Below are positions 27,436-41,254 of a stretch of DNA of 64,000 bases, piece by piece. How positions within the stretch are numbered: the first letter of the stretch is position 1; every line of letters starts with the position of its first letter. Source of the DNA: Escherichia coli (GTDB taxonomy: Bacteria > Pseudomonadota > Gammaproteobacteria > Enterobacterales > Enterobacteriaceae); the NCBI RefSeq assembly GCF_017348835.2, contig NZ_CP071375.1; one strand, written 5' to 3'. The notes under the pieces were generated by a model that was not told the DNA's origin, did no database searches, and saw only the letters and a program-made list of their open reading frames with translations. Position numbers and translations under genes: made by a program.

Positions 27436-28485
27436 GTGATGACACAACCAATGCCTGGGAAACCGGCCGAAGACGCTGAAAATGAACTGGATATTCGTGG
27501 GTTGTTTCGTACCTTGTGGGCTGGGAAGCTATGGATTATTGGCATGGGGCTGGCGTTTGCGTTAATCGCGCTGGCGTATACGTTTTTTGCTCGTCAGGAG
27601 TGGAGCTCGACGGCGATTACCGATCGTCCAACGGTGAATATGCTGGGGGGATATTACTCGCAGCAGCAATTTTTGCGTAACCTGGATGTCCGTTCAAACA
27701 TGGCTTCTGCCGACCAACCATCGGTCATGGACGAAGCCTATAAAGAGTTTGTTATGCAACTGGCCTCGTGGGATACCCGCAGAGAGTTCTGGTTGCAAAC
27801 CGACTATTACAAGCAGCGGATGGTGGGCAACAGCAAAGCCGATGCGGCGTTGCTGGATGAAATGATTAACAACATCCAGTTTATCCCCGGAGACTTTACC
27901 CGCGCGGTCAATGACAGCGTGAAGCTTATTGCCGAAACCGCGCCTGACGCTAATAACCTGTTACGTCAGTATGTTGCTTTTGCCAGCCAGCGTGCAGCCA
28001 GCCATCTGAATGATGAGCTGAAAGGCGCATGGGCGGCACGCACCATCCAGATGAAAGCTCAGGTGAAGCGTCAGGAAGAGGTGGCGAAAGCCATCTACGA
28101 CCGCCGGATGAACAGCATTGAGCAGGCGCTGAAAATTGCTGAGCAGCATAATATTTCGCGCAGTGCGACAGATGTGCCTGCCGAGGAATTACCTGATTCA
28201 GAAATGTTCCTGCTTGGGCGTCCAATGCTCCAGGCTCGACTGGAAAATTTACAGGCCGTCGGTCCGGCCTTTGATCTCGACTATGATCAGAATCGGGCCA
28301 TGTTAAACACCCTGAATGTTGGTCCAACCCTGGATCCGCGTTTTCAGACCTATCGCTATTTGCGTACGCCGGAAGAACCGGTAAAACGCGATAGCCCACG
28401 TCGTGCCTTCCTGATGATTATGTGGGGCATTGTCGGGGGGCTGATCGGGGCTGGTGTCGCATTAACCCGCCGTTGCTCGAAATAG
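27436..28485 (+). CDS. wzzE: ECA polysaccharide chain-length modulator
   Basis: 349-aa ORF with N- and C-terminal TM segments (Wzz fold). Confidence 0.88.
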   Translation: MMTQPMPGKPAEDAENELDIRGLFRTLWAGKLWIIGMGLAFALIALAYTFFARQEWSSTAITDRPTVNMLGGYYSQQQFLRNLDVRSNMASADQPSVMDEAYKEFVMQLASWDTRREFWLQTDYYKQRMVGNSKADAALLDEMINNIQFIPGDFTRAVNDSVKLIAETAPDANNLLRQYVAFASQRAASHLNDELKGAWAARTIQMKAQVKRQEEVAKAIYDRRMNSIEQALKIAEQHNISRSATDVPAEELPDSEMFLLGRPMLQARLENLQAVGPAFDLDYDQNRAMLNTLNVGPTLDPRFQTYRYLRTPEEPVKRDSPRRAFLMIMWGIVGGLIGAGVALTRRCSK

Positions 28486-28540
28486 CAACACTGCTGCGGT
28501 GAGCGCAAAGGCGCTCGCCGCTTATTCGAAGAGAATCGAT

Positions 28541-29671
28541 GTGAAAGTACTGACTGTATTTGGTACGCGCCCGGAAGCCATCAAGATGGCTCCGTTGGTG
28601 CATGCGTTGGCAAAAGATCCTTTTTTTGAGGCTAAAGTTTGCGTCACTGCGCAGCATCGGGAGATGCTCGATCAGGTGCTGAAACTCTTTTCCATTGTAC
28701 CTGACTACGATCTCAACATAATGCAGCCAGGACAGGGCCTGACAGAGATAACCTGTCGGATTCTGGAAGGGCTAAAACCTATTCTTGCCGAGTTCAAACC
28801 AGACGTCGTGCTGGTTCACGGCGATACGACGACGACGCTGGCAACCAGCCTGGCGGCGTTTTATCAGCGTATTCCTGTTGGTCACGTTGAGGCTGGTTTA
28901 CGCACGGGCGATCTCTATTCGCCGTGGCCGGAAGAGGCTAACCGTACATTGACCGGGCATCTGGCGATGTATCACTTCTCTCCAACCGAAACTTCCCGGC
29001 AAAACTTGCTGCGTGAAAACGTTGCGGATAGCCGAATCTTCATTACCGGTAATACTGTCATCGATGCACTGTTATGGGTGCGTGACCAGGTGATGAGCAG
29101 CGACACGCTGCGTTCAGAACTGGCGGCAAATTACCCGTTTATCGACCCCGATAAAAAGATGATTCTGGTGACCGGTCACAGGCGTGAGAGCTTCGGTCGT
29201 GGATTTGAAGAAATCTGCCATGCGCTGGCAGACATCGCCACCACGCACCAGGACATCCAGATTGTCTATCCGGTGCATCTCAACCCGAACGTCAGAGAGC
29301 CGGTCAATCGCATTCTGGGGCATGTGAAAAATGTCATTCTGATCGATCCCCAGGAGTATTTACCGTTTGTCTGGCTGATGAACCACGCCTGGCTGATTTT
29401 GACCGACTCAGGCGGCATTCAGGAAGAAGCGCCTTCGCTGGGGAAACCGGTGCTGGTGATGCGCGATACCACTGAGCGTCCGGAAGCGGTGACGGCGGGT
29501 ACGGTGCGTCTGGTAGGCACGGATAAGCAGCGAATTGTCGAGGAAGTGACGCGTCTTTTAAAAGACGAAAACGAATATCAAACTATGAGCCGCGCCCATA
29601 ACCCGTATGGTGATGGTCAGGCATGCTCTCGCATTCTGGAAGCGTTAAAAAATAATCGGATATCACTATGA
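28541..29671 (+). CDS. wecB: UDP-N-acetylglucosamine 2-epimerase, GTG start
   Basis: Conserved N-terminus begins at GTG ([20 protein letters not shown]), 376 aa. Confidence 0.88.
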   Translation: MKVLTVFGTRPEAIKMAPLVHALAKDPFFEAKVCVTAQHREMLDQVLKLFSIVPDYDLNIMQPGQGLTEITCRILEGLKPILAEFKPDVVLVHGDTTTTLATSLAAFYQRIPVGHVEAGLRTGDLYSPWPEEANRTLTGHLAMYHFSPTETSRQNLLRENVADSRIFITGNTVIDALLWVRDQVMSSDTLRSELAANYPFIDPDKKMILVTGHRRESFGRGFEEICHALADIATTHQDIQIVYPVHLNPNVREPVNRILGHVKNVILIDPQEYLPFVWLMNHAWLILTDSGGIQEEAPSLGKPVLVMRDTTERPEAVTAGTVRLVGTDKQRIVEEVTRLLKDENEYQTMSRAHNPYGDGQACSRILEALKNNRISL

Positions 29672-30930
29672 GTTTTGCGACCATTTCTGTTATCGGACTG
29701 GGTTACATCGGGCTGCCTACAGCAGCAGCGTTTGCCTCACGGCAAAAACAGGTGATTGGTGTCGATATCAACCAACACGCGGTTGATACCATCAATCGTG
29801 GCGAAATCCATATCGTCGAACCTGATTTGGCGAGCGTAGTAAAAACTGCCGTAGAAGGCGGTTTTTTACGAGCGAGCACGACGCCAGTTGAAGCGGATGC
29901 CTGGCTGATTGCTGTGCCCACGCCGTTTAAAGGCGATCATGAGCCAGATATGACCTACGTTGAATCGGCTGCTCGCTCCATTGCGCCAGTGCTGAAAAAA
30001 GGCGCGCTGGTGATCCTTGAATCCACCTCGCCGGTGGGGTCAACCGAGAAGATGGCAGAATGGTTAGCAGAGATGCGTCCAGATCTCACTTTCCCACAGC
30101 AGGTGGGCGAGCAGGCGGACGTCAACATTGCTTACTGCCCGGAACGCGTGTTACCGGGCCAGGTTATGGTCGAGCTGATTAAAAACGATCGCGTGATTGG
30201 TGGTATGACGCCGGTTTGTTCGGCCCGCGCCAGCGAACTGTACAAAATTTTCCTCGAAGGTGAGTGTGTCGTCACTAACTCGCGGACGGCGGAAATGTGT
30301 AAGCTCACCGAAAACAGCTTCCGCGATGTGAATATCGCTTTTGCTAATGAATTGTCGCTGATTTGTGCCGATCAGGGGATTAACGTCTGGGAACTGATTC
30401 GCCTGGCGAATCGTCACCCTCGCGTTAATATTCTTCAGCCTGGCCCTGGCGTGGGCGGTCACTGCATTGCTGTTGATCCGTGGTTTATCGTGGCACAGAA
30501 CCCCCAGCAGGCGCGGCTTATCCGTACCGCGCGCGAAGTGAACGATCACAAACCGTTCTGGGTTATCGATCAGGTGAAAGCGGCGGTGGCTGATTGCCTG
30601 GCGGCTACCGATAAACGCGCCAGTGAACTGAAAATCGCCTGCTTTGGTCTGGCGTTTAAACCGAATATTGATGACCTGCGCGAAAGCCCGGCGATGGAAA
30701 TCGCTGAACTGATCGCCCAGTGGCATAGCGGCGAAACTCTGGTTGTTGAGCCTAACATCCACCAGTTGCCGAAAAAACTGACCGGGCTTTGTACTCTGGC
30801 GCAGCTTGATGAGGCGCTGGCAACGGCAGACGTGCTGGTGATGCTGGTCGATCATAGTCAGTTCAAAGTTATCAATGGCGACAATGTCCATCAGCAGTAT
30901 GTCGTCGATGCCAAAGGAGTCTGGCGCTGA
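29668..30930 (+). CDS. wecC: UDP-N-acetyl-D-mannosamine dehydrogenase
   Basis: 420-aa ORF with N-terminal Rossmann GLGYIGLP. Confidence 0.9.
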   Translation: MSFATISVIGLGYIGLPTAAAFASRQKQVIGVDINQHAVDTINRGEIHIVEPDLASVVKTAVEGGFLRASTTPVEADAWLIAVPTPFKGDHEPDMTYVESAARSIAPVLKKGALVILESTSPVGSTEKMAEWLAEMRPDLTFPQQVGEQADVNIAYCPERVLPGQVMVELIKNDRVIGGMTPVCSARASELYKIFLEGECVVTNSRTAEMCKLTENSFRDVNIAFANELSLICADQGINVWELIRLANRHPRVNILQPGPGVGGHCIAVDPWFIVAQNPQQARLIRTAREVNDHKPFWVIDQVKAAVADCLAATDKRASELKIACFGLAFKPNIDDLRESPAMEIAELIAQWHSGETLVVEPNIHQLPKKLTGLCTLAQLDEALATADVLVMLVDHSQFKVINGDNVHQQYVVDAKGVWR

Positions 30931-31997
30931 TGAGAAAAATTCTGATAACAGGTGGTGCCGGGTTTATTGGCTCGGCGCTGGTGCGTTATATCATCAACGA
31001 AACGAGCGACGCGGTGGTAGTGGTCGATAAGCTGACCTACGCCGGAAACCTGATGTCGCTGGCACCGGTCGCGCAAAGCGAGCGCTTTGCCTTTGAGAAA
31101 GTTGATATCTGCGATCGGGCAGAACTGGCACGCGTATTCACTGAGCATCAGCCAGACTGTGTCATGCATCTGGCAGCCGAAAGCCATGTTGACCGTTCTA
31201 TTGACGGCCCGGCAGCGTTTATTGAAACCAACATTGTCGGGACTTATACATTGCTTGAAGCGGCGCGGGCTTACTGGAATGCGCTAACGGAAGATAAAAA
31301 ATCAGCGTTCCGTTTTCATCATATCTCCACTGACGAAGTATATGGTGACCTGCACTCGACGGATGATTTCTTCACCGAAACCACGCCGTATGCGCCGAGC
31401 AGCCCTTATTCCGCGTCAAAAGCCAGCAGCGACCATCTGGTGCGCGCCTGGCTGCGGACCTATGGTCTGCCGACGCTTATCACCAACTGCTCGAATAACT
31501 ACGGTCCTTATCACTTTCCGGAAAAACTGATCCCGCTGATGATCCTCAACGCGCTGGCGGGTAAACCGCTGCCGGTATATGGCAACGGGCAGCAAATCCG
31601 TGACTGGCTGTATGTTGAAGATCACGCCCGCGCGCTGTATTGCGTGGCGACCACCGGGAAAGTCGGTGAAACCTATAATATTGGTGGTCACAACGAGCGT
31701 AAGAATCTCGATGTTGTGGAAACCATTTGCGAGCTGCTGGAAGAACTGGCTCCGAACAAGCCGCACGGCGTGGCGCACTATCGTGACCTGATCACCTTTG
31801 TCGCTGACCGTCCAGGGCATGATCTGCGTTATGCCATTGATGCTTCGAAAATTGCCCGTGAACTTGGCTGGCTGCCGCAGGAAACCTTTGAAAGTGGAAT
31901 GCGTAAAACGGTGCAGTGGTATCTGGCTAATGAAAGCTGGTGGAAGCAGGTGCAGGACGGCAGCTATCAGGGCGAGCGTTTAGGTCTGAAAGGCTAA
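30930..31997 (+). CDS. rffG: dTDP-glucose 4,6-dehydratase
   Basis: 355-aa [25 protein letters not shown]... Confidence 0.9.
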   Translation: MRKILITGGAGFIGSALVRYIINETSDAVVVVDKLTYAGNLMSLAPVAQSERFAFEKVDICDRAELARVFTEHQPDCVMHLAAESHVDRSIDGPAAFIETNIVGTYTLLEAARAYWNALTEDKKSAFRFHHISTDEVYGDLHSTDDFFTETTPYAPSSPYSASKASSDHLVRAWLRTYGLPTLITNCSNNYGPYHFPEKLIPLMILNALAGKPLPVYGNGQQIRDWLYVEDHARALYCVATTGKVGETYNIGGHNERKNLDVVETICELLEELAPNKPHGVAHYRDLITFVADRPGHDLRYAIDASKIARELGWLPQETFESGMRKTVQWYLANESWWKQVQDGSYQGERLGLKG

Positions 31998-32015
31998 TTT
32001 TCAGCGGAGGCAAAC

Positions 32016-32897
32016 ATGAAAGGTATTATCCTGGCGGGCGGTTCCGGTACCCGATTGCATCCGATTACGCGCGGCGTATCGAAGCAACTGTTGCCGATTT
32101 ACGATAAGCCAATGATTTACTATCCGCTGTCGGTGCTGATGCTGGCCGGTATCCGCGAAATTCTCATCATCACTACGCCGGAAGATAAAGGTTATTTCCA
32201 GCGCCTGCTGGGTGACGGCAGTGAGTTCGGTATCCAGCTGGAATATGCCGAACAGCCCTGTCCGGACGGTCTGGCGCAGGCCTTTATCATCGGTGAAACC
32301 TTCCTCAACGGTGAACCTTCTTGTCTGGTGCTGGGTGATAACATCTTCTTCGGTCAGGGCTTCAGTCCGAAGCTGCGTCATGTTGCGGCGCGCACGGAAG
32401 GGGCGACGGTATTTGGCTATCAGGTGATGGACCCGGAACGCTTTGGCGTCGTGGAGTTTGACGACAATTTCCGCGCTATCTCGCTGGAAGAAAAGCCAAA
32501 ACAGCCGAAGTCAAACTGGGCGGTGACCGGACTTTATTTCTACGACAGTAAAGTCGTGGAGTACGCAAAGCAGGTGAAGCCGTCGGAGCGTGGTGAACTG
32601 GAGATTACCTCCATCAACCAGATGTACCTCGAGGCGGGCAACCTGACCGTTGAACTGCTCGGGCGCGGATTTGCCTGGCTGGACACTGGCACTCACGACA
32701 GCCTGATTGAAGCCAGTACCTTTGTGCAGACAGTAGAAAAACGCCAGGGCTTTAAGATTGCCTGCCTGGAAGAGATCGCCTGGCGTAACGGCTGGCTCGA
32801 TGACGAGGGTGTGAAGCGTGCTGCCAGTTCATTAGCGAAAACTGGCTACGGCCAATATCTGCTGGAGTTACTTCGTGCCCGTCCGCGCCAGTATTGA
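32016..32897 (+). CDS. rffH: Glucose-1-phosphate thymidylyltransferase
   Basis: 293-aa [42 protein letters not shown]... Confidence 0.9.
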
Positions 32898-33549
32898 GCC
32901 ACTAACCTGGGAAAACGCCTTCTTTGGTGTTAACAGCGCCATCGTGCGCATTACGTCTGAAGCACCGCTCCTGACGCCAGACGCGTTAGCGCCGTGGTCA
33001 CGGGTGCAGGCCAAAATTGCGGCATCAAATACGGGTGAACTGGATGCCCTGCAACAGCTGGGATTCTCCCTGGTAGAAGGTGAAGTTGATTTGGCGCTAC
33101 CCGTGAACAATGCCAGTGATAGCGGTGCTGTAGTGGCACAAGAGACCGATATTCCCGCATTACGTCAGTTAGCCAGCGCCGCATTTGCGCAAAGCCGTTT
33201 TCGTGCGCCGTGGTATGCGCCTGACGCCAGCAGTCGCTTTTATGCACAGTGGATTGAAAATGCCGTGCGCGGCACCTTTGATCATCAATGTCTGATTTTA
33301 CGTGCGGCGTCCGGCGATATTCGCGGCTATGTCTCTTTACGGGAACTCAATGCGACAGATGCGCGAATTGGCCTGCTGGCTGGACGCGGTGCAGGTGCTG
33401 AGCTGATGCAAACGGCGCTAAACTGGGCGTATGCTCGCGGTAAAACAACTTTGCGGGTGGCGACCCAGATGGGCAACACCGCCGCGCTTAAACGATACAT
33501 ACAAAGTGGTGCGAATGTAGAAAGCACCGCGTACTGGTTATACAGGTGA
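32875..33549 (+). CDS. wecD: dTDP-fucosamine acetyltransferase (GNAT), GTG start
   Basis: 224-aa ORF overlapping rffH end; start codon GTG at 32875. Confidence 0.8.
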
Positions 33550-33553
33550 TCAC

Positions 33554-34684
33554 ATGATTCCATTTAACGCACCGCCGGTGGTGGGAACCGAACTCGACTA
33601 TATGCAGTCGGCAATGGGTAGCGGCAAACTGTGTGGCGATGGCGGTTTTACCCGTCGCTGCCAGCAGTGGCTGGAGCAACGTTTTGGCAGCGCCAAAGTG
33701 TTACTGACGCCATCCTGCACCGCTTCGCTGGAGATGGCGGCGCTGCTGCTCGATATCCAGCCTGGCGATGAAGTGATCATGCCGAGCTACACCTTTGTCT
33801 CCACCGCCAATGCCTTTGTGCTGCGTGGCGCGAAAATCGTCTTTGTGGATGTTCGCCCGGACACCATGAACATCGACGAAACGCTGATTGAAGCGGCGAT
33901 CACCGACAAAACGCGCGTTATCGTGCCGGTCCATTACGCGGGTGTGGCCTGCGAAATGGACACCATTATGGCGTTGGCGAAAAAGCATAATCTGTTTGTG
34001 GTGGAAGATGCCGCTCAGGGCGTGATGTCCACTTACAAAGGGCGTGCACTGGGAACCATTGGTCATATTGGCTGCTTTAGCTTCCATGAAACCAAAAACT
34101 ACACGGCGGGCGGTGAAGGCGGCGCGACGCTGATTAACGATAAAGCGTTGATCGAACGAGCCGAGATCATCCGTGAAAAAGGCACTAACCGCAGCCAGTT
34201 CTTCCGTGGTCAGGTCGATAAATATACCTGGCGCGATATTGGCTCCAGCTATTTGATGTCCGATCTGCAAGCTGCGTACCTGTGGGCGCAACTGGAAGCA
34301 GCGGATCGTATCAACCAGCAACGTCTGGCGCTGTGGCAAAACTACTACGATGCGTTAGCGCCTCTGGCGAAAGCCGGGCGTATCGAGCTGCCGTCGATTC
34401 CCGATGGCTGCGTACAGAACGCGCATATGTTCTACATTAAACTGCGGGATATTGATGACCGGAGCGCGTTGATTAACTTTCTGAAAGAAGCGGAAATCAT
34501 GGCGGTGTTCCATTACATTCCGCTGCACGGTTGCCCTGCGGGGGAACGCTTTGGTGAGTTCCACGGTGAAGATCGCTACACCACCAAAGAGAGCGAGCGC
34601 CTGCTGCGCCTGCCGCTGTTCTACAACCTGTCGCCCGTCAATCAGCGTACGGTAATTGCGACTTTGTTGAACTACTTCTCCTGA
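33554..34684 (+). CDS. wecE: dTDP-4-keto-6-deoxy-glucose aminotransferase (DegT/PLP family)
   Basis: 376-aa ORF. Confidence 0.9.
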   Translation: MIPFNAPPVVGTELDYMQSAMGSGKLCGDGGFTRRCQQWLEQRFGSAKVLLTPSCTASLEMAALLLDIQPGDEVIMPSYTFVSTANAFVLRGAKIVFVDVRPDTMNIDETLIEAAITDKTRVIVPVHYAGVACEMDTIMALAKKHNLFVVEDAAQGVMSTYKGRALGTIGHIGCFSFHETKNYTAGGEGGATLINDKALIERAEIIREKGTNRSQFFRGQVDKYTWRDIGSSYLMSDLQAAYLWAQLEAADRINQQRLALWQNYYDALAPLAKAGRIELPSIPDGCVQNAHMFYIKLRDIDDRSALINFLKEAEIMAVFHYIPLHGCPAGERFGEFHGEDRYTTKESERLLRLPLFYNLSPVNQRTVIATLLNYFS

Positions 34685-34685
34685 T

Positions 34686-35936
34686 ATGTCGTTGGCAAAA
34701 GCGTCCTTGTGGACGGCGGCCAGTACACTGGTCAAGATTGGTGCCGGGTTACTGGTCGGTAAGTTGCTGGCGGTGTCATTTGGTCCGGCGGGGCTTGGGC
34801 TGGCGGCAAATTTCCGCCAGTTGATTACCGTGCTCGGCGTGCTTGCCGGGGCTGGCATCTTTAACGGTGTAACCAAATACGTTGCCCAGTACCATGATAA
34901 TCCCCAACAGCTGCGCCGCGTGGTCGGCACTTCATCAGCGATGGTACTTGGCTTCTCTACGCTGATGGCGCTGGTTTTTGTGCTGGCAGCTGCGCCAATC
35001 AGCCAGGGATTGTTTGGTAATACCGACTATCAGGGGCTGGTGCGTTTAGTGGCGCTGGTGCAAATGGGGATCGCCTGGGGCAACCTGTTACTGGCGCTGA
35101 TGAAAGGCTTTCGCGATGCCGCAGGTAATGCGTTATCGCTGATTGTTGGCAGCTTGATTGGCGTTCTCGCGTACTACGTCAGTTACCGTTTGGGCGGTTA
35201 TGAAGGGGCGTTGCTGGGTCTGGCGCTGATTCCCGCGCTGGTGGTGATTCCTGCCGCCATCATGTTGATCAAACGTGGTGTCATCCCGTTAAGCTATCTG
35301 AAACCCAGCTGGGATAACGGTCTGGCAGGGCAGTTGAGCAAATTTACGCTCATGGCGTTGATTACGTCGGTGACCTTGCCTGTTGCTTACATCATGATGC
35401 GCAAACTGCTGGCAGCGCAGTATAGCTGGGATGAAGTGGGGATCTGGCAAGGGGTGAGCAGTATTTCCGATGCCTACCTGCAATTTATTACGGCATCGTT
35501 CAGCGTATATTTGCTGCCCACGTTGTCGCGGCTAACGGAAAAGCGCGATATCACCCGGGAAGTGGTTAAATCGCTAAAATTCGTCTTACCGGCAGTGGCG
35601 GCGGCGAGTTTTACCGTCTGGTTGCTGCGTGATTTTGCTATTTGGCTGCTGTTGTCGAATAAATTTACCGCTATGCGCGATCTCTTTGCCTGGCAGTTAG
35701 TGGGTGATGTGTTAAAAGTGGGCGCTTATGTCTTTGGTTATCTGGTGATCGCCAAAGCGTCACTGCGGTTTTATATTCTGGCGGAAGTCAGCCAGTTCAC
35801 TTTATTGATGGTATTTGCCCACTGGCTAATCCCTGCGCATGGTGCACTGGGCGCGGCGCAGGCATATATGGCAACTTATATCGTCTATTTTTCTCTTTGT
35901 TGTGGCGTGTTTTTACTCTGGCGTAGGCGGGTATGA
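34686..35936 (+). CDS. wzxE: ECA lipid III flippase
   Basis: 416-aa polytopic membrane ORF. Confidence 0.85.
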   Translation: MSLAKASLWTAASTLVKIGAGLLVGKLLAVSFGPAGLGLAANFRQLITVLGVLAGAGIFNGVTKYVAQYHDNPQQLRRVVGTSSAMVLGFSTLMALVFVLAAAPISQGLFGNTDYQGLVRLVALVQMGIAWGNLLLALMKGFRDAAGNALSLIVGSLIGVLAYYVSYRLGGYEGALLGLALIPALVVIPAAIMLIKRGVIPLSYLKPSWDNGLAGQLSKFTLMALITSVTLPVAYIMMRKLLAAQYSWDEVGIWQGVSSISDAYLQFITASFSVYLLPTLSRLTEKRDITREVVKSLKFVLPAVAAASFTVWLLRDFAIWLLLSNKFTAMRDLFAWQLVGDVLKVGAYVFGYLVIAKASLRFYILAEVSQFTLLMVFAHWLIPAHGALGAAQAYMATYIVYFSLCCGVFLLWRRRV

Positions 35937-37012
35937 CTGTACTGATTCACGTACTGGGATCGGATATCCCTCACCATAACCGAACCGTTCTGCGGTTTTT
36001 CAACGACGCGCTGGCCGCGACGAGCGAGCACGCGCGCGAGTTTATGGTTGTTGGCAAGGACGACGGCTTAAGTGATAGCTGTCCGGCGCTTTCTGTGCAA
36101 TTTTTCCCTGGGAAAAAAGCGCTGGCGGAAGCGGTCATCGCGAAAGCAAAAGCTAACCGTCAGCAGCGTTTTTTCTTCCACGGTCAGTTCAATCCCAAAC
36201 TGTGGCTGGCTTTGCTGAGTGGTGGCATTAAGTCCCGCCAGTTTTTCTGGCATATCTGGGGGGCAGATCTGTATGAGCTTTCCAGTGGTTTGAGATATAA
36301 GCTTTTTTACCCGCTACGTCGCCTGGCGCAAAAGCGAGTCGGCTGTGTATTTGCCACCCGCGGTGATTTGAGCTTTTTTGCCAAAACGCATCCAAAGGTG
36401 CGGGGCGAACTGCTGTACTTCCCGACGCGGATGGACCCTTCTCTCAATACGATGGCGAACGATCGGCAACGTGAAGGGAAAATGACCATTTTGGTGGGGA
36501 ACTCCGGCGACCGCAGCAATGAGCATGTCGCCGCCTTACATGCCGTTCATCAGCAATTTGGCGATACGGTAAAAGTGGTGGTGCCGATGGGATATCCGCC
36601 TAATAACGAAGCGTACATTGAGGAAGTTCGTCAGGCGGGGCTGGAGTTATTCAGCGAAGAAAATCTGCAAGTTCTGAGCGAAAAACTGGAATTTGACGCC
36701 TATCTGGCGCTACTTCGTCAGTGCGATCTCGGTTACTTTATTTTTGCCCGCCAGCAGGGCATTGGTACGCTGTGCTTACTGATTCAGGCGGGCATTCCTT
36801 GTGTGCTTAACCGGGAAAATCCGTTCTGGCAGGATATGACGGAACAGCATTTGCCGGTGCTGTTTACTACCGACGATCTCAACGAGGATATTGTGCGTGA
36901 AGCGCAGCGCCAGTTGGCGTCGGTGGATAAAAACACCATTGCCTTCTTTAGCCCTAACTATCTACAAGGCTGGCAGCGGGCGTTGGCGATTGCCGCCGGG
37001 GAGGTCGCATGA
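35933..37012 (+). CDS. wecF: TDP-Fuc4NAc:lipid II Fuc4NAc transferase
   Basis: 359-aa ORF. Confidence 0.85.
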
Positions 37013-38361
37013 GTCTGCTGCAATTCAGTGGCCTGTTTGTGGTCTGGCTGCTCTGCACGCTGTTTATTGCCACGCTGACCTGGTTTGAGTTTCGCCGTGT
37101 GCGCTTTAACTTCAATGTCTTCTTTTCATTGCTGTTTTTGCTCACCTTTTTCTTCGGCTTCCCGCTGACCAGCGTGCTGGTATTTCGCTTTGATGTTGGT
37201 GTCGCGCCGCCAGAAATCTTGTTGCAGGCGTTGCTTTCTGCGGGCTGCTTCTACGCGGTTTACTACGTCACCTACAAAACCCGCCTACGCAAACGCGTTG
37301 CTGATGTACCGCGCCGTCCGCTGTTTACCATGAACCGCGTGGAGACCAATCTTACGTGGGTGATCCTGATGGGTATCGCGCTGGTAAGCGTCGGCATCTT
37401 CTTCATGCACAACGGCTTTTTGCTGTTCCGGCTTAACTCCTACAGTCAGATCTTCTCCAGTGAAGTCTCCGGCGTGGCGTTAAAACGCTTCTTTTACTTT
37501 TTCATCCCGGCGATGCTGGTGGTCTACTTTCTGCGCCAGGACAGCAAAGCGTGGCTGTTTTTCCTCGTCAGCACGGTCGCCTTTGGCTTGCTGACTTATA
37601 TGATTGTCGGCGGCACTCGCGCCAATATCATCATCGCATTCGCTATCTTCCTGTTTATTGGCATTATTCGCGGCTGGATTTCGTTGTGGATGCTGGCGGC
37701 GGCGGGCGTGCTGGGGATTGTTGGCATGTTCTGGCTGGCGCTAAAACGCTATGGAATGAATGTGAGCGGCGATGAAGCGTTCTATACGTTTCTCTATCTC
37801 ACTCGCGACACCTTCTCGCCGTGGGAGAATCTGGCGTTGCTGTTGCAGAACTACGACAACATCGACTTCCAGGGCCTGGCTCCAATTGTCCGCGATTTCT
37901 ATGTCTTTATCCCTTCCTGGCTGTGGCCGGGTCGCCCGAGTATGGTGCTGAACTCCGCCAACTACTTTACCTGGGAAGTGCTGAATAACCACTCCGGACT
38001 GGCGATCTCGCCTACGCTTATAGGCTCACTGGTGGTGATGGGCGGCGCGTTGTTCATCCCGCTCGGGGCGATTGTGGTTGGACTGATCATCAAATGGTTC
38101 GACTGGCTGTATGAGCTGGGCAACCGCGAGACTAATCGCTATAAGGCTGCGATATTGCACAGTTTCTGCTTTGGGGCGATCTTCAATATGATCGTGCTGG
38201 CACGTGAAGGGCTGGATTCGTTTGTCTCACGCGTAGTCTTTTTTATCGTGGTCTTCGGCGCATGTCTGATGATCGCAAAACTGTTGTACTGGCTTTTTGA
38301 AAGCGCCGGGCTCATTCATAAACGTACAAAATCATCGCTCCGGACGCAGGTTGAAGGATAA
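37009..38361 (+). CDS. wzyE: ECA polymerase
   Basis: 450-aa polytopic membrane ORF. Confidence 0.85.
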
Positions 38362-38363
38362 CA

Positions 38364-39104
38364 ATGAATAACAACACCACGGCACCGACCTATACGCTGC
38401 GTGGCTTACAGTTGATTGGTTGGCGTGATATGCAGCATGCCCTCGATTATCTGTTTGCTGACGGGCAGCTTAAGCAGGGAACGCTGGTTGCCATTAATGC
38501 TGAAAAAATGCTGACCATTGAAGATAACGCTGAGGTCAGGGAGCTAATTAACGCTGCCGAATTTAAATATGCGGATGGCATCAGCGTTGTACGTTCAGTA
38601 CGTAAAAAGTACCCGCAGGCGCAGGTTTCCCGCGTTGCCGGTGCCGATCTCTGGGAAGAGCTGATGGCGCGCGCAGGCAAAGAAGGGACGCCGGTATTTC
38701 TTGTGGGCGGTAAACCTGAAGTGCTGGCGCAAACTGAAGCTAAACTGCGCAACCAATGGAATGTGAATATCGTTGGCAGTCAGGATGGTTATTTTAAACC
38801 CGAGCAGCGTCAGGCGCTGTTTGAACGCATTCATGCCAGCGGAGCGCAAATCGTCACCGTTGCGATGGGATCGCCAAAGCAGGAGATCTTCATGCGCGAC
38901 TGCCGTCTGGTGCATCCAGATGCGCTGTATATGGGCGTTGGCGGGACTTACGATGTTTTCACCGGTCACGTAAAACGCGCACCGAAAATCTGGCAAACGC
39001 TGGGACTGGAGTGGCTCTACCGCCTGCTTTCGCAGCCGAGCCGCATTAAGCGTCAGCTTCGTTTGCTGCGTTATTTACGCTGGCACTACACCGGCAACCT
39101 CTGA
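38364..39104 (+). CDS. wecG: UDP-ManNAcA transferase
   Basis: 246-aa ORF, last gene of ECA cluster. Confidence 0.88.
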
Positions 39105-39122
39105 TTTTCCTCTCTTTGTAAA

Positions 39123-39160
39123 GCGACGGAGTGGTCACTCCGTCGCCTGTCTGCTTTTTT
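39123..39160 (+). terminator. Rho-independent terminator after the ECA operon
   Basis: gcgacggagtg-gtca-ctccgtcgc hairpin then ctgtctgctttttt. Confidence 0.65.
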
Positions 39161-39294
39161 ATTACACAAAGCATTCAAATTTTTAATGCTTTATTTGCCA
39201 TTTCTCCTGAATTACGAAAACATTCGCAACACTCGATGTACCCATAACGATAACCGGTAACACCGGAAAGCATGCAAACACAACACGAGGATTT

Positions 39295-40680
39295 ATGGCA
39301 GATAACAAACCAGAGCTACAGCGTGGGCTGGAAGCTCGACATATCGAACTCATCGCCCTGGGGGGCACCATTGGCGTCGGCCTGTTTATGGGGGCCGCCA
39401 GTACCCTGAAATGGGCCGGGCCATCCGTATTGTTGGCCTATATCATCGCCGGGCTGTTCGTCTTTTTCATCATGCGTTCAATGGGCGAAATGTTGTTCCT
39501 CGAACCGGTTACCGGTTCGTTCGCCGTTTATGCGCATCGTTATATGAGCCCGTTCTTTGGCTATCTCACCGCCTGGTCTTACTGGTTTATGTGGATGGCC
39601 GTGGGGATCTCTGAAATCACCGCCATTGGCGTTTATGTCCAGTTCTGGTTCCCGGAGATGGCGCAGTGGATACCCGCATTGATCGCAGTGGCGCTGGTGG
39701 CGTTGGCGAATCTGGCGGCGGTGCGGTTGTACGGCGAAATCGAGTTCTGGTTCGCGATGATCAAAGTCACCACGATTATCGTGATGATTGTCATTGGCCT
39801 GGGCGTGATTTTCTTTGGCTTTGGCAATGGCGGGCAGTCGATTGGTTTTAGCAATCTCACAGAGCATGGCGGTTTCTTTGCGGGTGGCTGGAAAGGGTTC
39901 CTGACCGCGCTGTGTATTGTGGTGGCGTCCTACCAGGGCGTGGAGCTGATTGGCATTACTGCCGGTGAAGCGAAGAATCCGCAGGTGACGCTGCGCAGTG
40001 CCGTAGGCAAGGTGCTGTGGCGGATCCTGATTTTCTACGTAGGCGCGATTTTCGTTATCGTCACCATCTTCCCGTGGAATGAAATAGGCAGCAACGGCAG
40101 CCCGTTCGTACTGACTTTTGCCAAAATCGGTATTACCGCAGCGGCGGGCATTATCAACTTTGTGGTGCTGACGGCTGCGCTCTCTGGCTGTAACAGCGGC
40201 ATGTACAGTTGCGGACGTATGCTCTACGCACTGGCGAAAAACCGTCAGTTACCGGCGGCGATGGCGAAAGTTTCCCGTCACGGCGTACCGGTTGCGGGTG
40301 TGGCAGTATCTATTGCTATTCTGCTAATTGGCTCATGCCTGAACTACATCATTCCCAATCCGCAGCGTGTGTTTGTCTACGTCTACAGTGCCAGCGTGCT
40401 TCCGGGGATGGTGCCATGGTTTGTGATATTGATAAGCCAGCTGCGTTTTCGGCGTGCACATAAAGCGGCGATTGCCAGCCATCCGTTCCGCTCAATCCTG
40501 TTCCCGTGGGCCAACTACGTAACAATGGCATTCCTGATTTGCGTTTTGATCGGCATGTACTTTAATGAAGATACGCGTATGTCGCTGTTTGTTGGCATCA
40601 TCTTTATGCTGGCGGTGACGGCGATTTATAAAGTTTTTGGGCTTAATCGCCACGGGAAAGCGCATAAACTGGAGGAATAA
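39295..40680 (+). CDS. yifK: APC-family amino acid permease
   Basis: 461-aa 12-TM ORF. Confidence 0.88.
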
Positions 40681-40782
40681 GCAACAAAACGCACAAACCG
40701 TAACCAAACGCGCAATTTATTTAAAAAGGGACTAGACAGAGGGGTGGGAAGTCCGTATTATCCACCCCCGCAACGGCGCTAA

Positions 40783-40859
<77 letters not shown>

Positions 40860-40916
40860 TTTAGTCCCGGCGCTTGAGCTGCGGTGGTAGTAATACCGCG
40901 TAACAAGATTTGTAGT

Positions 40917-40993
40917 GGTGGCTATAGCTCAGTTGGTAGAGCCCTGGATTGTGATTCCAGTTGTCGTGGGTTCGAATCCCATTAGCCACCCCA
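40917..40993 (+). tRNA. hisR: tRNA-His (anticodon GUG, extra 5-prime G)
   Basis: ggtggctatagctcagttggtagagccctggattGTGattcc...ccacccca. Confidence 0.93.
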
Positions 40994-41013
40994 TTATTAG
41001 AAGTTGTGACAAT

Positions 41014-41100
41014 GCGAAGGTGGCGGAATTGGTAGACGCGCTAGCTTCAGGTGTTAGTGTCCTTACGGACGTGGGGGTTCAAGTCCCCCCCCTCGCACCA
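41014..41100 (+). tRNA. leuT: tRNA-Leu (anticodon CAG)
   Basis: gcgaaggtggcggaattggtagacgcgctagcttCAGgtg... long variable arm, 87 nt. Confidence 0.93.
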
Positions 41101-41142
41101 CGACTTTAAAGAATTGAACTAAAAATTCAAAAAGCAGTATTT

Positions 41143-41219
41143 CGGCGAGTAGCGCAGCTTGGTAGCGCAACTGGTTTGGGACCAGTGGGTCGGAGGTTCG
41201 AATCCTCTCTCGCCGACCA
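41143..41219 (+). tRNA. proM: tRNA-Pro (anticodon UGG)
   Basis: cggcgagtagcgcagcttggtagcgcaactggtttGGGacc...cgccgacca. Confidence 0.93.
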
Positions 41220-41225
41220 ATTTTG

Positions 41226-41254
41226 AACCCCGCTTCGGCGGGGTTTTTTGTTTT
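41226..41254 (+). terminator. Rho-independent terminator of the tRNA operon
   Basis: aaccccgc-ttcg-gcggggtt then tttttgtttt. Confidence 0.7.
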